Virus record (IMG/VR): IMGVR_UViG_3300033120_000864
Span: 1 to 64,000 of that record
Length of the DNA: 64,000 nucleotides
Strand: one strand, 5' to 3'
Source: a virus
Taxonomy: Duplodnaviria > Caudoviricetes
Below are positions 18,062 through 28,124 of this stretch, piece after piece (position 1 is the first letter of the stretch; each line of letters starts with the position of its first letter). A program made the translations under genes and the position numbers. The notes beneath the pieces are model-generated. The model saw nothing but the letters and a program-made list of their open reading frames with translations. It ran no database searches and had not been told where the DNA came from.

Positions 18062-18212
18062 ACTTAAAAGATATAAACATATATCTTCAGGAGCTATTGC
18101 TGAAAGTAATAACTATGACAAAACTTATTATGTTACTTTAAACAATACTTCCAAGGGATATTGGGATCCTATTTTTATTGAAAATACTCAAGATTGGATA
18201 TTAATAAGTTAA
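18054..18212 (+). CDS. small hypothetical protein (52 aa)
   Basis: MFKLKRYK...DWILIS*, overlaps upstream stop. Confidence 0.4.
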   Translation: MFKLKRYKHISSGAIAESNNYDKTYYVTLNNTSKGYWDPIFIENTQDWILIS

Positions 18213-18256
18213 AAATATACTAATAAAGTATTTTTAACAGACATTTCAGTAATAAA

Positions 18257-18288
18257 TTTGGAGATGTCAGTTATTTTTCTTATATTTG
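18257..18288 (+). promoter_or_regulatory. Bacteroidota sigma-A-type promoter
   Basis: TTTG-N20-TATATTTG. Confidence 0.7.
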
Positions 18289-18302
18289 TAAAAAATACAA
18301 AT

Positions 18303-18797
18303 ATGAAAGAGATAACAGAAAGACATTGCAAACATTGTAATAGTGTAAAACCTATTCAACAGTTTACTAAAGACAGACATGCCAAATCAGGATATACTTA
18401 TACCTGTACTAAATGTAGAGGTATTCAACACAGAGAGTATTACAAAAATAATCCTGAGAAACAGAAGATTAAAAATGACAAACAAAAGGAAAATAGAAAA
18501 AAATTCTATAACACCCCTGAAGGTATCATTTCATCTAGAAAAGCTCATCTAAAGAAAATGTACAATATAACTTTAGAAGAATATGATATTTTACTTGAAA
18601 AACAAAATGGAGTTTGTGCAATCTGTTTTGGTAAAGAAACTTCTTATAGAAATGAAGTATTATCAGTTGATCATAATCATGAAACTGGTAAAATAAGAGG
18701 ATTGTTATGTAATACTTGTAATAGAGCTATTGGATTATTAAAAGATGATCCAAAGCTATTAATTAATGCTGTAAATTATTTAACTAAAAATGTTTAA
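18303..18797 (+). CDS. endonuclease VII-like HNH homing endonuclease
   Basis: CAIC, VDHNHETGKIRGLLCNTCN. Confidence 0.9.
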   Translation: MKEITERHCKHCNSVKPIQQFTKDRHAKSGYTYTCTKCRGIQHREYYKNNPEKQKIKNDKQKENRKKFYNTPEGIISSRKAHLKKMYNITLEEYDILLEKQNGVCAICFGKETSYRNEVLSVDHNHETGKIRGLLCNTCNRAIGLLKDDPKLLINAVNYLTKNV

Positions 18798-20325
18798 ACA
18801 AAATCCCTTAAAGCGCACAGACGGGTACAAAATTTGTCACCCTCGCATGCTTGCTCCAGGAACAACAAAACTTTATGGTCAATGGATACCACGAAGTGTA
18901 AAATATGCACCAAAAGGTGTAACCAAAATCCTTTCATTTGGTCATCAAATGACTTGGAAATGGATCCATGATGAATTTTTTGAATATTTCTTTAGTCTTC
19001 CAATACAAGAAGCTGTAGGAAAAGTTGCAAAAGATTTTACTTTATATTTAGGTATGGAATATGATGCTTCTCATTTTGAAGCTCTTCATAATCTTGGATA
19101 TCTTCCAATAAGAGTGAAAGCTCTTCCAGAAGGTATTGAGACTAAGCCTAATATTCCACACATGACTTTTATCAATACTGTTAATGGATTTGCATGGCTT
19201 CCTCTTTATTTGGAAACAATAATCAGTAAGCTTGCATGGAAACCTTCTACTTCTGCTACAACTGCTTTAGCCTATAAAAGGTTAATAAAATTGTGGCTTG
19301 AGAAGACAGATCCTGATGCAATGGGTCTACTAGAATATTTAGCTCATGATTTTAGTTCTAGAGGACTAGATGTATGGAGCTGTGTTAGTAGTGGACTTGG
19401 TCATGCTTCTTCTTTTAGAGGAAGTGATACTTTAGATGTCATAGACGCTGCAAGGTATTTCTATGGAGAATCTGAAGATGAAGTGGTAATCAATTCTGTA
19501 AATGCTTCTGAACACTCTGTATCTACCACTTGTATATTTACAATGGGTGAAAAGGAAATGTTAAAATACTTTATGAAACAATTTCCTAAAGGAATTCTTT
19601 CTGTAGTAGCTGACACATTTGATCTTTGGACTCTTATTACTAAATATCTTCCTGAAATAAAAGAAGAAATTCTAGCAAGAGATGGAAAGATAGTGATAAG
19701 ACCTGATAGTGGTGATCCAGTAGATATTATTTGTGGATGGGATACTCGTACTGCTAATTATAGCTCATATCCAGGAACATCTACACCAAGAACTTGTAAA
19801 CACCCAGCAGAAGTAGAAGGAGTTATAGAAACTCTTTGGAATATTTTTGGGGGTACTATTAATAAACAAGGTTATAAAGTTTTAGACAGTCATATAGGCG
19901 CTATTTATGGGGATTCTATAACTCTTGAGAGAGCTGAACAAATATATGAAAGACTTGAAGCAAAGGGATTTGCATCATCTAACATAGTATTTGGTGTAGG
20001 TTCTTTTACTTATCAGTATAACACAAGAGATACTTTTGGTTTTGCTGCTAAGGGAGGATGGTTTGAGACTAAGGAAGAATATCCTGATCATACAGATACT
20101 AAATCTTTTGCTATCTATAAAGATCCTATCACAGATGATGGTACTAAGAAATCTCCTAAGGGTTTGCTTAGAGTAGATCTTGTAGATGGTGAATATGTTC
20201 TTAAACAAGAATGTACTCCAGAAGAAGAATCAGGAGGCGTATTACAAGTAATATACGAAGATGGAAAATTCTTTAATACTATAACACTTACTCAGATCAG
20301 AGAACTGATAAACAAAAATGTATAA
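18790..20325 (+). CDS. nicotinamide phosphoribosyltransferase-like protein, probable Namat (NARP1)
   Basis: TDGYK, HDFSSRG, GSDT, ASEHS, IRPDSGDP, IYGDSI, KKSPKG. Confidence 0.9.
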   Translation: MFKQNPLKRTDGYKICHPRMLAPGTTKLYGQWIPRSVKYAPKGVTKILSFGHQMTWKWIHDEFFEYFFSLPIQEAVGKVAKDFTLYLGMEYDASHFEALHNLGYLPIRVKALPEGIETKPNIPHMTFINTVNGFAWLPLYLETIISKLAWKPSTSATTALAYKRLIKLWLEKTDPDAMGLLEYLAHDFSSRGLDVWSCVSSGLGHASSFRGSDTLDVIDAARYFYGESEDEVVINSVNASEHSVSTTCIFTMGEKEMLKYFMKQFPKGILSVVADTFDLWTLITKYLPEIKEEILARDGKIVIRPDSGDPVDIICGWDTRTANYSSYPGTSTPRTCKHPAEVEGVIETLWNIFGGTINKQGYKVLDSHIGAIYGDSITLERAEQIYERLEAKGFASSNIVFGVGSFTYQYNTRDTFGFAAKGGWFETKEEYPDHTDTKSFAIYKDPITDDGTKKSPKGLLRVDLVDGEYVLKQECTPEEESGGVLQVIYEDGKFFNTITLTQIRELINKNV

Positions 20326-20334
20326 TACTAAATA

Positions 20335-20359
20335 GGGGAGAGAAATCTCCCTCTTTTTT
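20335..20359 (+). terminator. intrinsic terminator closing NAD operon
   Basis: gggaga-gaaa-tctccc plus T-run. Confidence 0.7.
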
Positions 20360-20380
20360 CAAATTTTAAAACACAAAAAT

Positions 20381-20788
20381 ATGCCTTGTAATAGTAATTA
20401 TTTAAATCCCACAAATCTAGAATCTGAAACTAGAAAAGTTATAGATATGTATCTTTGGTTAGAAAGTAATTTTAAAGGAATTCCTGATAGAAAAGCTTCT
20501 AAAGTAGAAAAGAATAGTACAATATATTTTTCTAAGTCAGAATCTGATTATTTTATAAATCTTCTATGTAAAAGATGTACAGAATTAGCTAAAAGAAATC
20601 AACTAGATTCTTTATTAAATAAAGCTAATAGAATGTCAAGAAATCTGGCTAATTGGTGGGAAGATCATCAAGAAGCTGATGAAATAAGAAAAGATTTAGA
20701 AAAAAAGAAAAAACAAGATGAAAAGTTGAAAAAATCAGCTCTTTCTAAACTCTCAAATAAAGAGAAAAAAATACTAGGTCTTAATTAA
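20381..20788 (+). CDS. hypothetical protein
   Basis: MPC start, WWEDHQEAD, ALSKLS..EKKILGL. Confidence 0.65.
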   Translation: MPCNSNYLNPTNLESETRKVIDMYLWLESNFKGIPDRKASKVEKNSTIYFSKSESDYFINLLCKRCTELAKRNQLDSLLNKANRMSRNLANWWEDHQEADEIRKDLEKKKKQDEKLKKSALSKLSNKEKKILGLN

Positions 20789-20804
20789 AAACACAAAAAA
20801 CAAA

Positions 20805-21425
20805 ATGGCTAACAAAACAATTGGAGTTCCAGGATGGACAGACAAAGAAAGATTTGGCGTAGGTATGCAATATCTTGAATGGTTGTCTGGATATGGAAAT
20901 CCTAGAATAATAATGAACTGGGAAGAGTTCGTTGATGTGGACATGTTATTTCTTCCAGGAGGTCCAGACTTGGCTCCAGGAAGCTATGGAGAAGCTCCAG
21001 GCTTTTACACAGGAAATCCATGTGCATTCAGACAATTTTTCTTTGAACATAGACTCAAAAACTATGTTGATGCTCGTACACCTATTTTTGGTACCTGTCT
21101 TGGTATGCAAATGATAAATGTTCATTTTGGTGGAACTCTTAACCAAAATATGAAATACTATCATGCAGATGGAGATGGTGAACATAAAATTATCTACACA
21201 GCATCAGACAAAAAGACATACAAAGAAACTGTCACTTCATCACATCACCAATGTGTAAAGAAGCTTGGCGAAAATCTTTTAGTCATAGCAACTGCTGATG
21301 ACTCTAAAAAGACAGTGGAAGCCATTTGTCATAATGAACTCCCTATTTGTGGTGTACAATTTCACCCAGAAAGGCTTTATTCAGACTTGGCAAACACAAT
21401 GATACACAAACTTCTTAAATCATAA
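20805..21425 (+). CDS. class I glutamine amidotransferase (peptidase C26-like)
   Basis: PGGPD, GTCLGMQ, SHHQ, QFHPE triad. Confidence 0.88.
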   Translation: MANKTIGVPGWTDKERFGVGMQYLEWLSGYGNPRIIMNWEEFVDVDMLFLPGGPDLAPGSYGEAPGFYTGNPCAFRQFFFEHRLKNYVDARTPIFGTCLGMQMINVHFGGTLNQNMKYYHADGDGEHKIIYTASDKKTYKETVTSSHHQCVKKLGENLLVIATADDSKKTVEAICHNELPICGVQFHPERLYSDLANTMIHKLLKS

Positions 21426-21427
21426 TC

Positions 21428-21637
21428 ATGGAAAAAACTGTAATAAAAAAATGTACTTGTAAGGATGAAGATCAAGACAAGTTATATGGACAAGGTAATA
21501 GGCTTCATAATGTTTCCTCTCTTCCAGGAAGAAAAGAATGCTATTGCACTGTTTGTAGTCCTTCACAAAGGAAACTAAGAATTGGCGCAACTCAGTATCC
21601 TGTTCCTCATCACTTGAGGAAATCAAAGCCTCTGTAA
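21428..21637 (+). CDS. small Cys-rich protein
   Basis: CTC, QDKLYG, RLHN, CTVC. Confidence 0.6.
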   Translation: MEKTVIKKCTCKDEDQDKLYGQGNRLHNVSSLPGRKECYCTVCSPSQRKLRIGATQYPVPHHLRKSKPL

Positions 21638-21653
21638 TAATAACGAAAAAAGA

Positions 21654-22505
21654 TTGAAAATGGTAAAAGTAATAATGTTAGGCACAGATCCTGAATTCTT
21701 CCTACAAAAGGATGGAAAACATGTTTGTGCAATTCCTTTTGTAGGTATGGGTACTAAAGATAATCCTATGCCAATGGTAGATGAGAATGGTGTGGTAAAG
21801 GAAGGTTATTCCTTTATGCATGATAGAGCTTCAGTAGAATTTAATGTGCCCCCTACTATAGACTTCGAGGAGTTTAAGAAGAGCATTGAATTTGCTATGG
21901 CATATATCATGACCGTAGTTAATGGTGACTACAACAAAGCTAAAGTAACTGCTTCAGATAAGGCTTCTGTATGGTTTGAATGGAGTGAACTTCAAGATCC
22001 TAAATCTATGGAGATTGGATGTCAACCTTCATGGAATGCTTATACTTTGGAACAAAACGAAGCTCCAGATGTAAGTGATATTCCTCTTCAAACAGCTGCT
22101 TTTCACTTTCACATACAAGTGGATTTTGGTGATTTGGATAAATATGACACCACTATTGCATTTGTAAAAGCTCTTGACTTATTCTTAGGTCTCCCTTCTC
22201 TTCTTCTTGACAAAGATACTGAAAGGAGAAAACTCTATGGAAAAGCAGGAGAGTTTAGAGAGCATCTTGATGATGACAGGTTTGAATATAGGGTTATATC
22301 TAATTTCCTTTTATTTAATCCAGAAGCACTTGAATTTATGTGGAATCAGATATTCAAAGCAGCTGAGTTTATTAGTGAAAATAAACTATCTGAATCAGAT
22401 GAAGAAAAGATCAGAATGGCAATAAACACTTCAGATGTAGAACTGGCAACCAGTCTTTGTGAACAATTTAAGATTGAAGTACCATGTATAAAACAACTTT
22501 CCTAG
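21654..22505 (+). CDS. phiEco32-like COOH-NH2 ligase type 2
   Basis: LGTDPEFFL, VEFNVPP, GCQP, HFH, RRKLYGKAGEFR, EYR. Confidence 0.85.
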   Translation: MKMVKVIMLGTDPEFFLQKDGKHVCAIPFVGMGTKDNPMPMVDENGVVKEGYSFMHDRASVEFNVPPTIDFEEFKKSIEFAMAYIMTVVNGDYNKAKVTASDKASVWFEWSELQDPKSMEIGCQPSWNAYTLEQNEAPDVSDIPLQTAAFHFHIQVDFGDLDKYDTTIAFVKALDLFLGLPSLLLDKDTERRKLYGKAGEFREHLDDDRFEYRVISNFLLFNPEALEFMWNQIFKAAEFISENKLSESDEEKIRMAINTSDVELATSLCEQFKIEVPCIKQLS

Positions 22506-22625
22506 TACTCGTAATAATAGGATGTATTTGTGTTTTATACCCAGATTTAAGTAAGACTCCAAGTGTAAAACACTGGCTTACTTTTATTATATTAGAAATT
22601 TCAGCTCAACTACTAATAACAAGAC

Positions 22626-23537
22626 ATGGCAATAACAGTTAAACACAATGGAGAAGATAAGTACAGGGATTGGACAGAGTGTTGTTCAATAGTACATTCT
22701 ACTCCTGTTACTCAAGTAATCATAAAATTAGAGCAAGCTGCTCAATTATATGGGCCTGAGGTTACAAAAAGATGGCTTAAGATAATAGCCTTAATAGACA
22801 AAAATATTATCTGGAAGGAAGAAAACAATGCGTTCACAATAGAACTCTATTCCAAAAACTATGCTAATAATGTTGATTTATATACAACATTTATTATGGT
22901 TAGATGGCTCTGGAGATTTAGAGGACTTATTCCACAAGTTTTCAAAATAAGGGAAGAAACTAAACTTATCTGGTTTAAATGTATCCAAGCAGCTCACTTG
23001 TTTAAAGTGAATGAGGATAACAAAGATGAACAAGGTAAGCCAATTCTTGTAGGTGGTTATCATAACTTCTTTGATGGTTTCAAAGATGGTGGATATAGAA
23101 GAGAACTTCTCACTTATAAAGAGTTTTTAGCTCTTCCAAAAACAGCAGGATACATTAACAAAACATGGAATAAATTCTTTGTTTGGGATGGAACAATAGC
23201 AGATCTTACAAATGATGTAAACATCGAAGACACTATTGAAATATCTCAGGCTAATTATGACAAAATTGAATCAATTATACATAACTTTACAGATAAGAAT
23301 GTATATATTTTGTTACAACCATGGGATGCAAATGTTGCTTTAAACTCAATTTGGTTAAAACCAAATAATGTTGGAACTAGTAATCTTAAGAGAATGATAG
23401 AAAATAATAGCTCAATGAGAAGTTATGACTATCAAACTGCTGTAAAAGATGAAAAAGGAAATGCAGCTGGACATGGCGTACCTGATAATAGGTGTGCAAT
23501 TATTGATTTTAGTAAAATAAAAGTAAAAAAACAATGA
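22626..23537 (+). CDS. hypothetical protein, paralog of 38058 and 38740
   Basis: Shared CCS/CDS, I.L..K.Y, VR, IP.V, AH..GYH pattern. Confidence 0.6.
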   Translation: MAITVKHNGEDKYRDWTECCSIVHSTPVTQVIIKLEQAAQLYGPEVTKRWLKIIALIDKNIIWKEENNAFTIELYSKNYANNVDLYTTFIMVRWLWRFRGLIPQVFKIREETKLIWFKCIQAAHLFKVNEDNKDEQGKPILVGGYHNFFDGFKDGGYRRELLTYKEFLALPKTAGYINKTWNKFFVWDGTIADLTNDVNIEDTIEISQANYDKIESIIHNFTDKNVYILLQPWDANVALNSIWLKPNNVGTSNLKRMIENNSSMRSYDYQTAVKDEKGNAAGHGVPDNRCAIIDFSKIKVKKQ

Positions 23538-23788
23538 ATATTTCAAGAGAAAGAGCCTTAGAATTAATAGAAGGCAACAAAGGTAAGTTCATCACAGTAA
23601 CTTTCACAAAGAAAGGTGGTGACACAAGAGTACTTAATGGACAATATGTATCTACAACCAGGCTTGGCTATGTCAAGATGAAGGATACAGTGAAGTCTAG
23701 AAGGTCAGGTAAGGATTGTATAAGAAATGTGAATCTTCAAACGATCACAGCTCTTAAGTGTCAAAAACAATCACACAAAGTAGGATAA
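23534..23788 (+). CDS. SH3/WYL_2-like small protein
   Basis: VTFTKKGGDTRVL. Confidence 0.6.
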   Translation: MNISRERALELIEGNKGKFITVTFTKKGGDTRVLNGQYVSTTRLGYVKMKDTVKSRRSGKDCIRNVNLQTITALKCQKQSHKVG

Positions 23789-23789
23789 T

Positions 23790-24236
23790 ATGAACATGGA
23801 AGAATGTGTAAGTCTTATAATGAACAAAACTATAGAATATACAGGAAACTACTCAGATGATGAGCTTAAGTTAGCTGTAAATTTCCCTAGTGTGTTTCTT
23901 CATTATTGTAGACTACTAAAAACAGGATTGAGTGATAGGAGGATTACTTATGGTAATCTGGCATTTCTAAAGTCTAAGTATCTTGATTTTGGTATTCAAA
24001 ATAAGAAGATACAGTATATAAGATTTGTGCACCATGACTCCTATACTGATGAACTCAGAATGAAACTGAATGAAGCAATTAAGCTTTACTTAGATGGTGT
24101 AGAATGGGATGATGAATTTGCAAGGAAAGTTGATACTGCCTATGCTTATTCTCCATCTACTCCTACTAAGAAAGTTGAACCAGCTTCTATAGGTTTATCA
24201 TTAGATTTAACAATATTAGATAAATTCAAATTTTAA
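23790..24236 (+). CDS. hypothetical protein
   Basis: Tightly packed ORF. Confidence 0.6.
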   Translation: MNMEECVSLIMNKTIEYTGNYSDDELKLAVNFPSVFLHYCRLLKTGLSDRRITYGNLAFLKSKYLDFGIQNKKIQYIRFVHHDSYTDELRMKLNEAIKLYLDGVEWDDEFARKVDTAYAYSPSTPTKKVEPASIGLSLDLTILDKFKF

Positions 24237-24241
24237 AAAAA

Positions 24242-24679
24242 ATGGCTGATCAAGAAAATCAACAACAAGGAGAAGACAGTAACAAAGTAGCTAAGAAGTA
24301 CGAAGATAACATCAAAAAGCTTACAGCTCTTTTAGGTGGTACAGCTGCTCTCAAGAAGACTAAGGTGCCTAATGACACTGTTGGTGAATTAGTAACTGAA
24401 CTTCTTCAAGAAGATCAAGAGGCTGCAGGCAAAGTACTTAAGGAAAAGATCAAAGGTCTTGTAACTAAGTATATTTCTTTTAACAAGGAAGCTGCTAAAC
24501 TCAGAAAAGAACTGGAAGGTAAAATTTCTGCTGGACAAAAGGATTTTAATGCTGCTGTACAAGAAGTATTCAATGAAATAGAAAACATTGGTGCTATTGA
24601 ACAGAACTATTATAATACTTTAAGAGCTGTAGCAAATACAACACCTTCAACTGAAACTCCTGCTACTGAAGCAGAATAA
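24242..24679 (+). CDS. hypothetical coiled-coil protein
   Basis: Tightly packed ORF. Confidence 0.65.
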   Translation: MADQENQQQGEDSNKVAKKYEDNIKKLTALLGGTAALKKTKVPNDTVGELVTELLQEDQEAAGKVLKEKIKGLVTKYISFNKEAAKLRKELEGKISAGQKDFNAAVQEVFNEIENIGAIEQNYYNTLRAVANTTPSTETPATEAE

Positions 24680-24684
24680 GAAGA

Positions 24685-24696
24685 TTGAAAGTAATT
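24685..24696 (+). promoter_or_regulatory. TTGAAAGTRA motif upstream of PolB
   Basis: Recurs at 5257, 28101, 49137, 57945, 60642; hexamer lies 17-20 nt before start codons. Confidence 0.55.
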
Positions 24697-24708
24697 TAAC
24701 CAATCTTA

Positions 24709-26511
24709 TTGGAAAAATGGATCTATGATATAGAGACATACAAGAACTTTTTCTGCTGCACATGTCTTTCTGTAGACTCAGATGATAAACATGTGTTTAT
24801 TATTGATGAAAATAGAAATGATATTGGTGGTATGAGGAAGTTCTTTTTTAAAAAATGGATGATAGGATATAATTCCTTAGCATTTGATAATATAGTTGTT
24901 AATTGGATACTTGCTGAGAATGTCTCAAGTGCAGAAAAGATTGCTGAATTTAGTAACACTATTATTCAGACAAAAGATAACTATGAAATTGTTAAGTATT
25001 ATAAGTATAACAATAACTACAAGAGTATAGACTTAATGACTCATTTATTTTCTAAAGCACTTAGAGTTGGACTCAAGGAATTAGAAGTGACAATGAATTA
25101 TGAGAATGTACAAGAACTACCTATACATTATACTAAAACTCTTACAGAGGAAGAAAAATTAGAAGTGTTAGATTATAATCTTAATGATTGTAAAGCAACT
25201 AAACTTTTATGTCAAAAATGTAAAGAGTCTTTGAATTTAAGAACAGCAATCCTTAAGGAATTTGGATTAGAATGTTATTCAAAGGATGGTGTAAGGACAG
25301 GGGTAGATTTATTGTTAAAATTGTATTGTGAGAGAACAGGGGAAGATCAAAGGGAGGTGAAAGACCAACGAACTTTTCATCCCTACATTGTTTTTAATAA
25401 GATAATAGATAAGAGAATAAGTTTCCAATCAAAGGAATTTAGTCAATTATTGAAAAAACTTAAAGAAACTGTAATTACAAAGACAAAAGGAGCTTTGGAT
25501 TATAAGGTGTACTATAAAGGTGTTCTTTTTCAATTTGGTACAGGAGGATTGCACACGAAGGATGCTCCAAAGTTAATTATTCCTAAGGAAAATGAAATTC
25601 TGTTGGATTGTGATGTAGCCAGTCTATATCCCAGTATTTTGATCAATTTAGGCTTTAAACCAGCCCATTTAAGATCAGAATTTCTTGAAGTGTACAAACA
25701 TGTCAAGGATGATAGAATAAGGGCTAAGAATGCAGGAGAAAAGCTTAAATCAGAGACCTATAAGCTTAGCTTAAATGGGTTGTATGGTAATTTGATTAAT
25801 TCTTATTCTTGGGCCTTTGACTCAGAAGCTGCAATGGGTATTACAATTAATGGTCAATTATTTTTGTCAATGTTGGCAGAAAAACTATTAAATGCTGATA
25901 TTCAAGTACAATCTGTCAATACAGATGGTATTACAGTGTTGATAGACAAAAATCAACAGGAAAAATACTATGAAATCTGTAAAGAATGGGAAAAATTAAC
26001 TAATTTAGAGCTTGAATATGTAGAATATCTAAAAATATTCAGAAGAAATGTTAATACATATTTCGCTCATTTAAAAAATGGGAAGATAAAAGAGAAAGGA
26101 GAATTTCTTACACAACCAGTGTTAGGAAAAGGATATTCTGCTTTTATTATTCCAATTGCTTTAAAAGAGTTTTTTATCAATAAAACACCTGTAGAAGAAA
26201 CTATAAGGAACCATACAGATATTTTTAATTTTTGTATGATGCAAAAAGTTGATAAGAAATTTCAAGTGATGTGGAATGGTGAAAAACAGCAAAGAATTAA
26301 CAGATATTATGTTTGTAACAGAGGAGCCTATCTATATAAAGTAGAAGGAGCCAAAACTATAAATTTATTAGCTGGTTATGCTGTTAAAATCTTTAATAAG
26401 TATGAGTCTAAAGAGGATTTTAGTGAGTATAATATCAATTATAATTACTACATCTCTGAAGCTAATAAAATTATTGAAGAAATCGTTTCTAGTCAGAGCA
26501 GTTTATTCTAA
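24709..26511 (+). CDS. polB: family B DNA polymerase
   Basis: Exo YDIET, GYNSLAFD, YNLND; pol DVASLYPS, KLSLNGLYG, NTDG. Confidence 0.92.
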   Translation: MEKWIYDIETYKNFFCCTCLSVDSDDKHVFIIDENRNDIGGMRKFFFKKWMIGYNSLAFDNIVVNWILAENVSSAEKIAEFSNTIIQTKDNYEIVKYYKYNNNYKSIDLMTHLFSKALRVGLKELEVTMNYENVQELPIHYTKTLTEEEKLEVLDYNLNDCKATKLLCQKCKESLNLRTAILKEFGLECYSKDGVRTGVDLLLKLYCERTGEDQREVKDQRTFHPYIVFNKIIDKRISFQSKEFSQLLKKLKETVITKTKGALDYKVYYKGVLFQFGTGGLHTKDAPKLIIPKENEILLDCDVASLYPSILINLGFKPAHLRSEFLEVYKHVKDDRIRAKNAGEKLKSETYKLSLNGLYGNLINSYSWAFDSEAAMGITINGQLFLSMLAEKLLNADIQVQSVNTDGITVLIDKNQQEKYYEICKEWEKLTNLELEYVEYLKIFRRNVNTYFAHLKNGKIKEKGEFLTQPVLGKGYSAFIIPIALKEFFINKTPVEETIRNHTDIFNFCMMQKVDKKFQVMWNGEKQQRINRYYVCNRGAYLYKVEGAKTINLLAGYAVKIFNKYESKEDFSEYNINYNYYISEANKIIEEIVSSQSSLF

Positions 26512-26522
26512 AAAATAGAGCT

Positions 26523-27059
26523 ATGAATAGTAAATGTTGTAATGCTGAAATTCACAAAGATCAGTATGGACACAAAAGATGCTCTCATTGCCTTTTGGTT
26601 AGTGAGAGCAAACTAAGTTTCAGAATAATAATTATATTGCTGCTAATGAATATAATTATAATGGGATCTAGTATAAAGACTTCAGATGGTAAGCTTACTA
26701 CGTATGCTACAACTGCTGAAGCACCTGTTGATACCTGTGATGTAGAGTTATCTGACAGTTGTTTGTTAAAGGAGCTTATAAAAGATAGTGTAATACTACC
26801 TAATATAGCTTTAGCACAAGCTAAAATAGAATCTGATTATTATAGGAGCTATAAATGTGTACATCACAAGAATTTGTTTGGAATAAAGCCTCATAAGTGT
26901 GACTTAGTAAAAGGGGAATACTTGTACCAAGCAACTTACGCTTCCTATAAAGATTGCATTAAATGTTACTCTCACATTCAAAGATTTTATCTAAAGTCTA
27001 TTGATGGACATTATGCACAGAGTCCAGCTTATGTTGATTTGATTAAACAGATGAAATGA
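26523..27059 (+). CDS. GH73-like glucosaminidase/muramidase with TM anchor
   Basis: AQAKIES, NLFGIK, YAQSPAY. Confidence 0.75.
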   Translation: MNSKCCNAEIHKDQYGHKRCSHCLLVSESKLSFRIIIILLLMNIIIMGSSIKTSDGKLTTYATTAEAPVDTCDVELSDSCLLKELIKDSVILPNIALAQAKIESDYYRSYKCVHHKNLFGIKPHKCDLVKGEYLYQATYASYKDCIKCYSHIQRFYLKSIDGHYAQSPAYVDLIKQMK

Positions 27060-27331
27060 ATAACGTAGAGATAGACAAACTAATAAGCTTCTTAGGTAAG
27101 CTTAAAATAGAATCTTCTTTAGACCCTCTTTTTCCTAATATAGTGTTTACACATGAAAATAAGAAAGTGAGTGTGGCCTTGAGAATATTTTATCGAGAAT
27201 CTGGTATTGTAAATATTAGGAGAGCAGGTAAACATGAGAATGAGGTTGAAGTTGTTGAAGTAGATGATAATATGTTTTATCAATCTTATATGAAACAAAT
27301 TATACTCTATCATTTTAAAAAAGAATCATGA
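27056..27331 (+). CDS. hypothetical protein
   Basis: ATGA-coupled ORF. Confidence 0.55.
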   Translation: MNNVEIDKLISFLGKLKIESSLDPLFPNIVFTHENKKVSVALRIFYRESGIVNIRRAGKHENEVEVVEVDDNMFYQSYMKQIILYHFKKES

Positions 27332-27500
27332 GTTATTTAGATTCCTTAGTAGAAGCAAAACAAGCCAGAGAAAAGTACGAAGAAGGTGTACAAAAACTAA
27401 AAGAAATTGTTGTAGAAATAGAAGAAATGCATAATCTCCATAATGGAGACTTTCTTTCAGATTTACAAGAATTCATTAATAATTACAAAAAACGAAAAAA

Positions 27501-27842
27501 ATGATTACAGTTAATGTAAATGGTATTAATTACAAAATGGAATGGAGACATGCTGTTATTCCTGCCACAAAGAAAAAGGACTTGGGCAAGATTAAGACTA
27601 CATGTACCATTAGTGAAGTGATAGTACCAAAGGAAGAATTTCAAGTGCTTAATTATGGTGAAGCTATAAAAGGAAAGGAAGACAATTTCTGTAAAGAAAC
27701 TGCAAGAAAACTTTCTTTAAGAAGGGCCCTCTCAGGTCTTTTTGAAGACAAAACTGTAAGAAGAGCTTTCTGGAATGCTTATTTCAGTAGAACTATAAAA
27801 GTTCAAAATGAAGCTACTGTGCAGGTTGGGGCTGCACTTTGA
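27501..27842 (+). CDS. hypothetical phage protein
   Basis: DNFCKETARKLSLRRAL motif. Confidence 0.65.
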   Translation: MITVNVNGINYKMEWRHAVIPATKKKDLGKIKTTCTISEVIVPKEEFQVLNYGEAIKGKEDNFCKETARKLSLRRALSGLFEDKTVRRAFWNAYFSRTIKVQNEATVQVGAAL

Positions 27843-28124
27843 TTGCAGTTGGCCAGCCATAAAAACTAAATTATCATTTAAAAAAATGAAGTTTAGACAA
27901 AAAAAGTGTAATTGTTGTAAAAAAGTGTATCAATGGAAGACAAATACTTGGGTGTAGACCCATATTTAGTGGCTGAAAGAGAGATTGAGGAAAGAAAATT
28001 GCTTAGAAGTGTAAAAGATCTAACTGTTTTTAAAGAAAACAGACGCTACATAGCAATTCCTCGAAGGAACAAAAAGATATTATTTAGAAAAACTAAATGA
28101 TTGAAAGTAATGAAACGTATGTAA

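Noticed and set aside
18213-18797. Group I intron around this and other homing endonucleases
   Set aside because: Flanking genes are intact and no intron core was recognised; the endonucleases are free-standing.
16186-20325. NARP2 or plain host-like NAD salvage
   Set aside because: No NMN adenylyltransferase in the window; the Prs-like plus Nampt-like pairing fits NARP1 better, though this is not proven.
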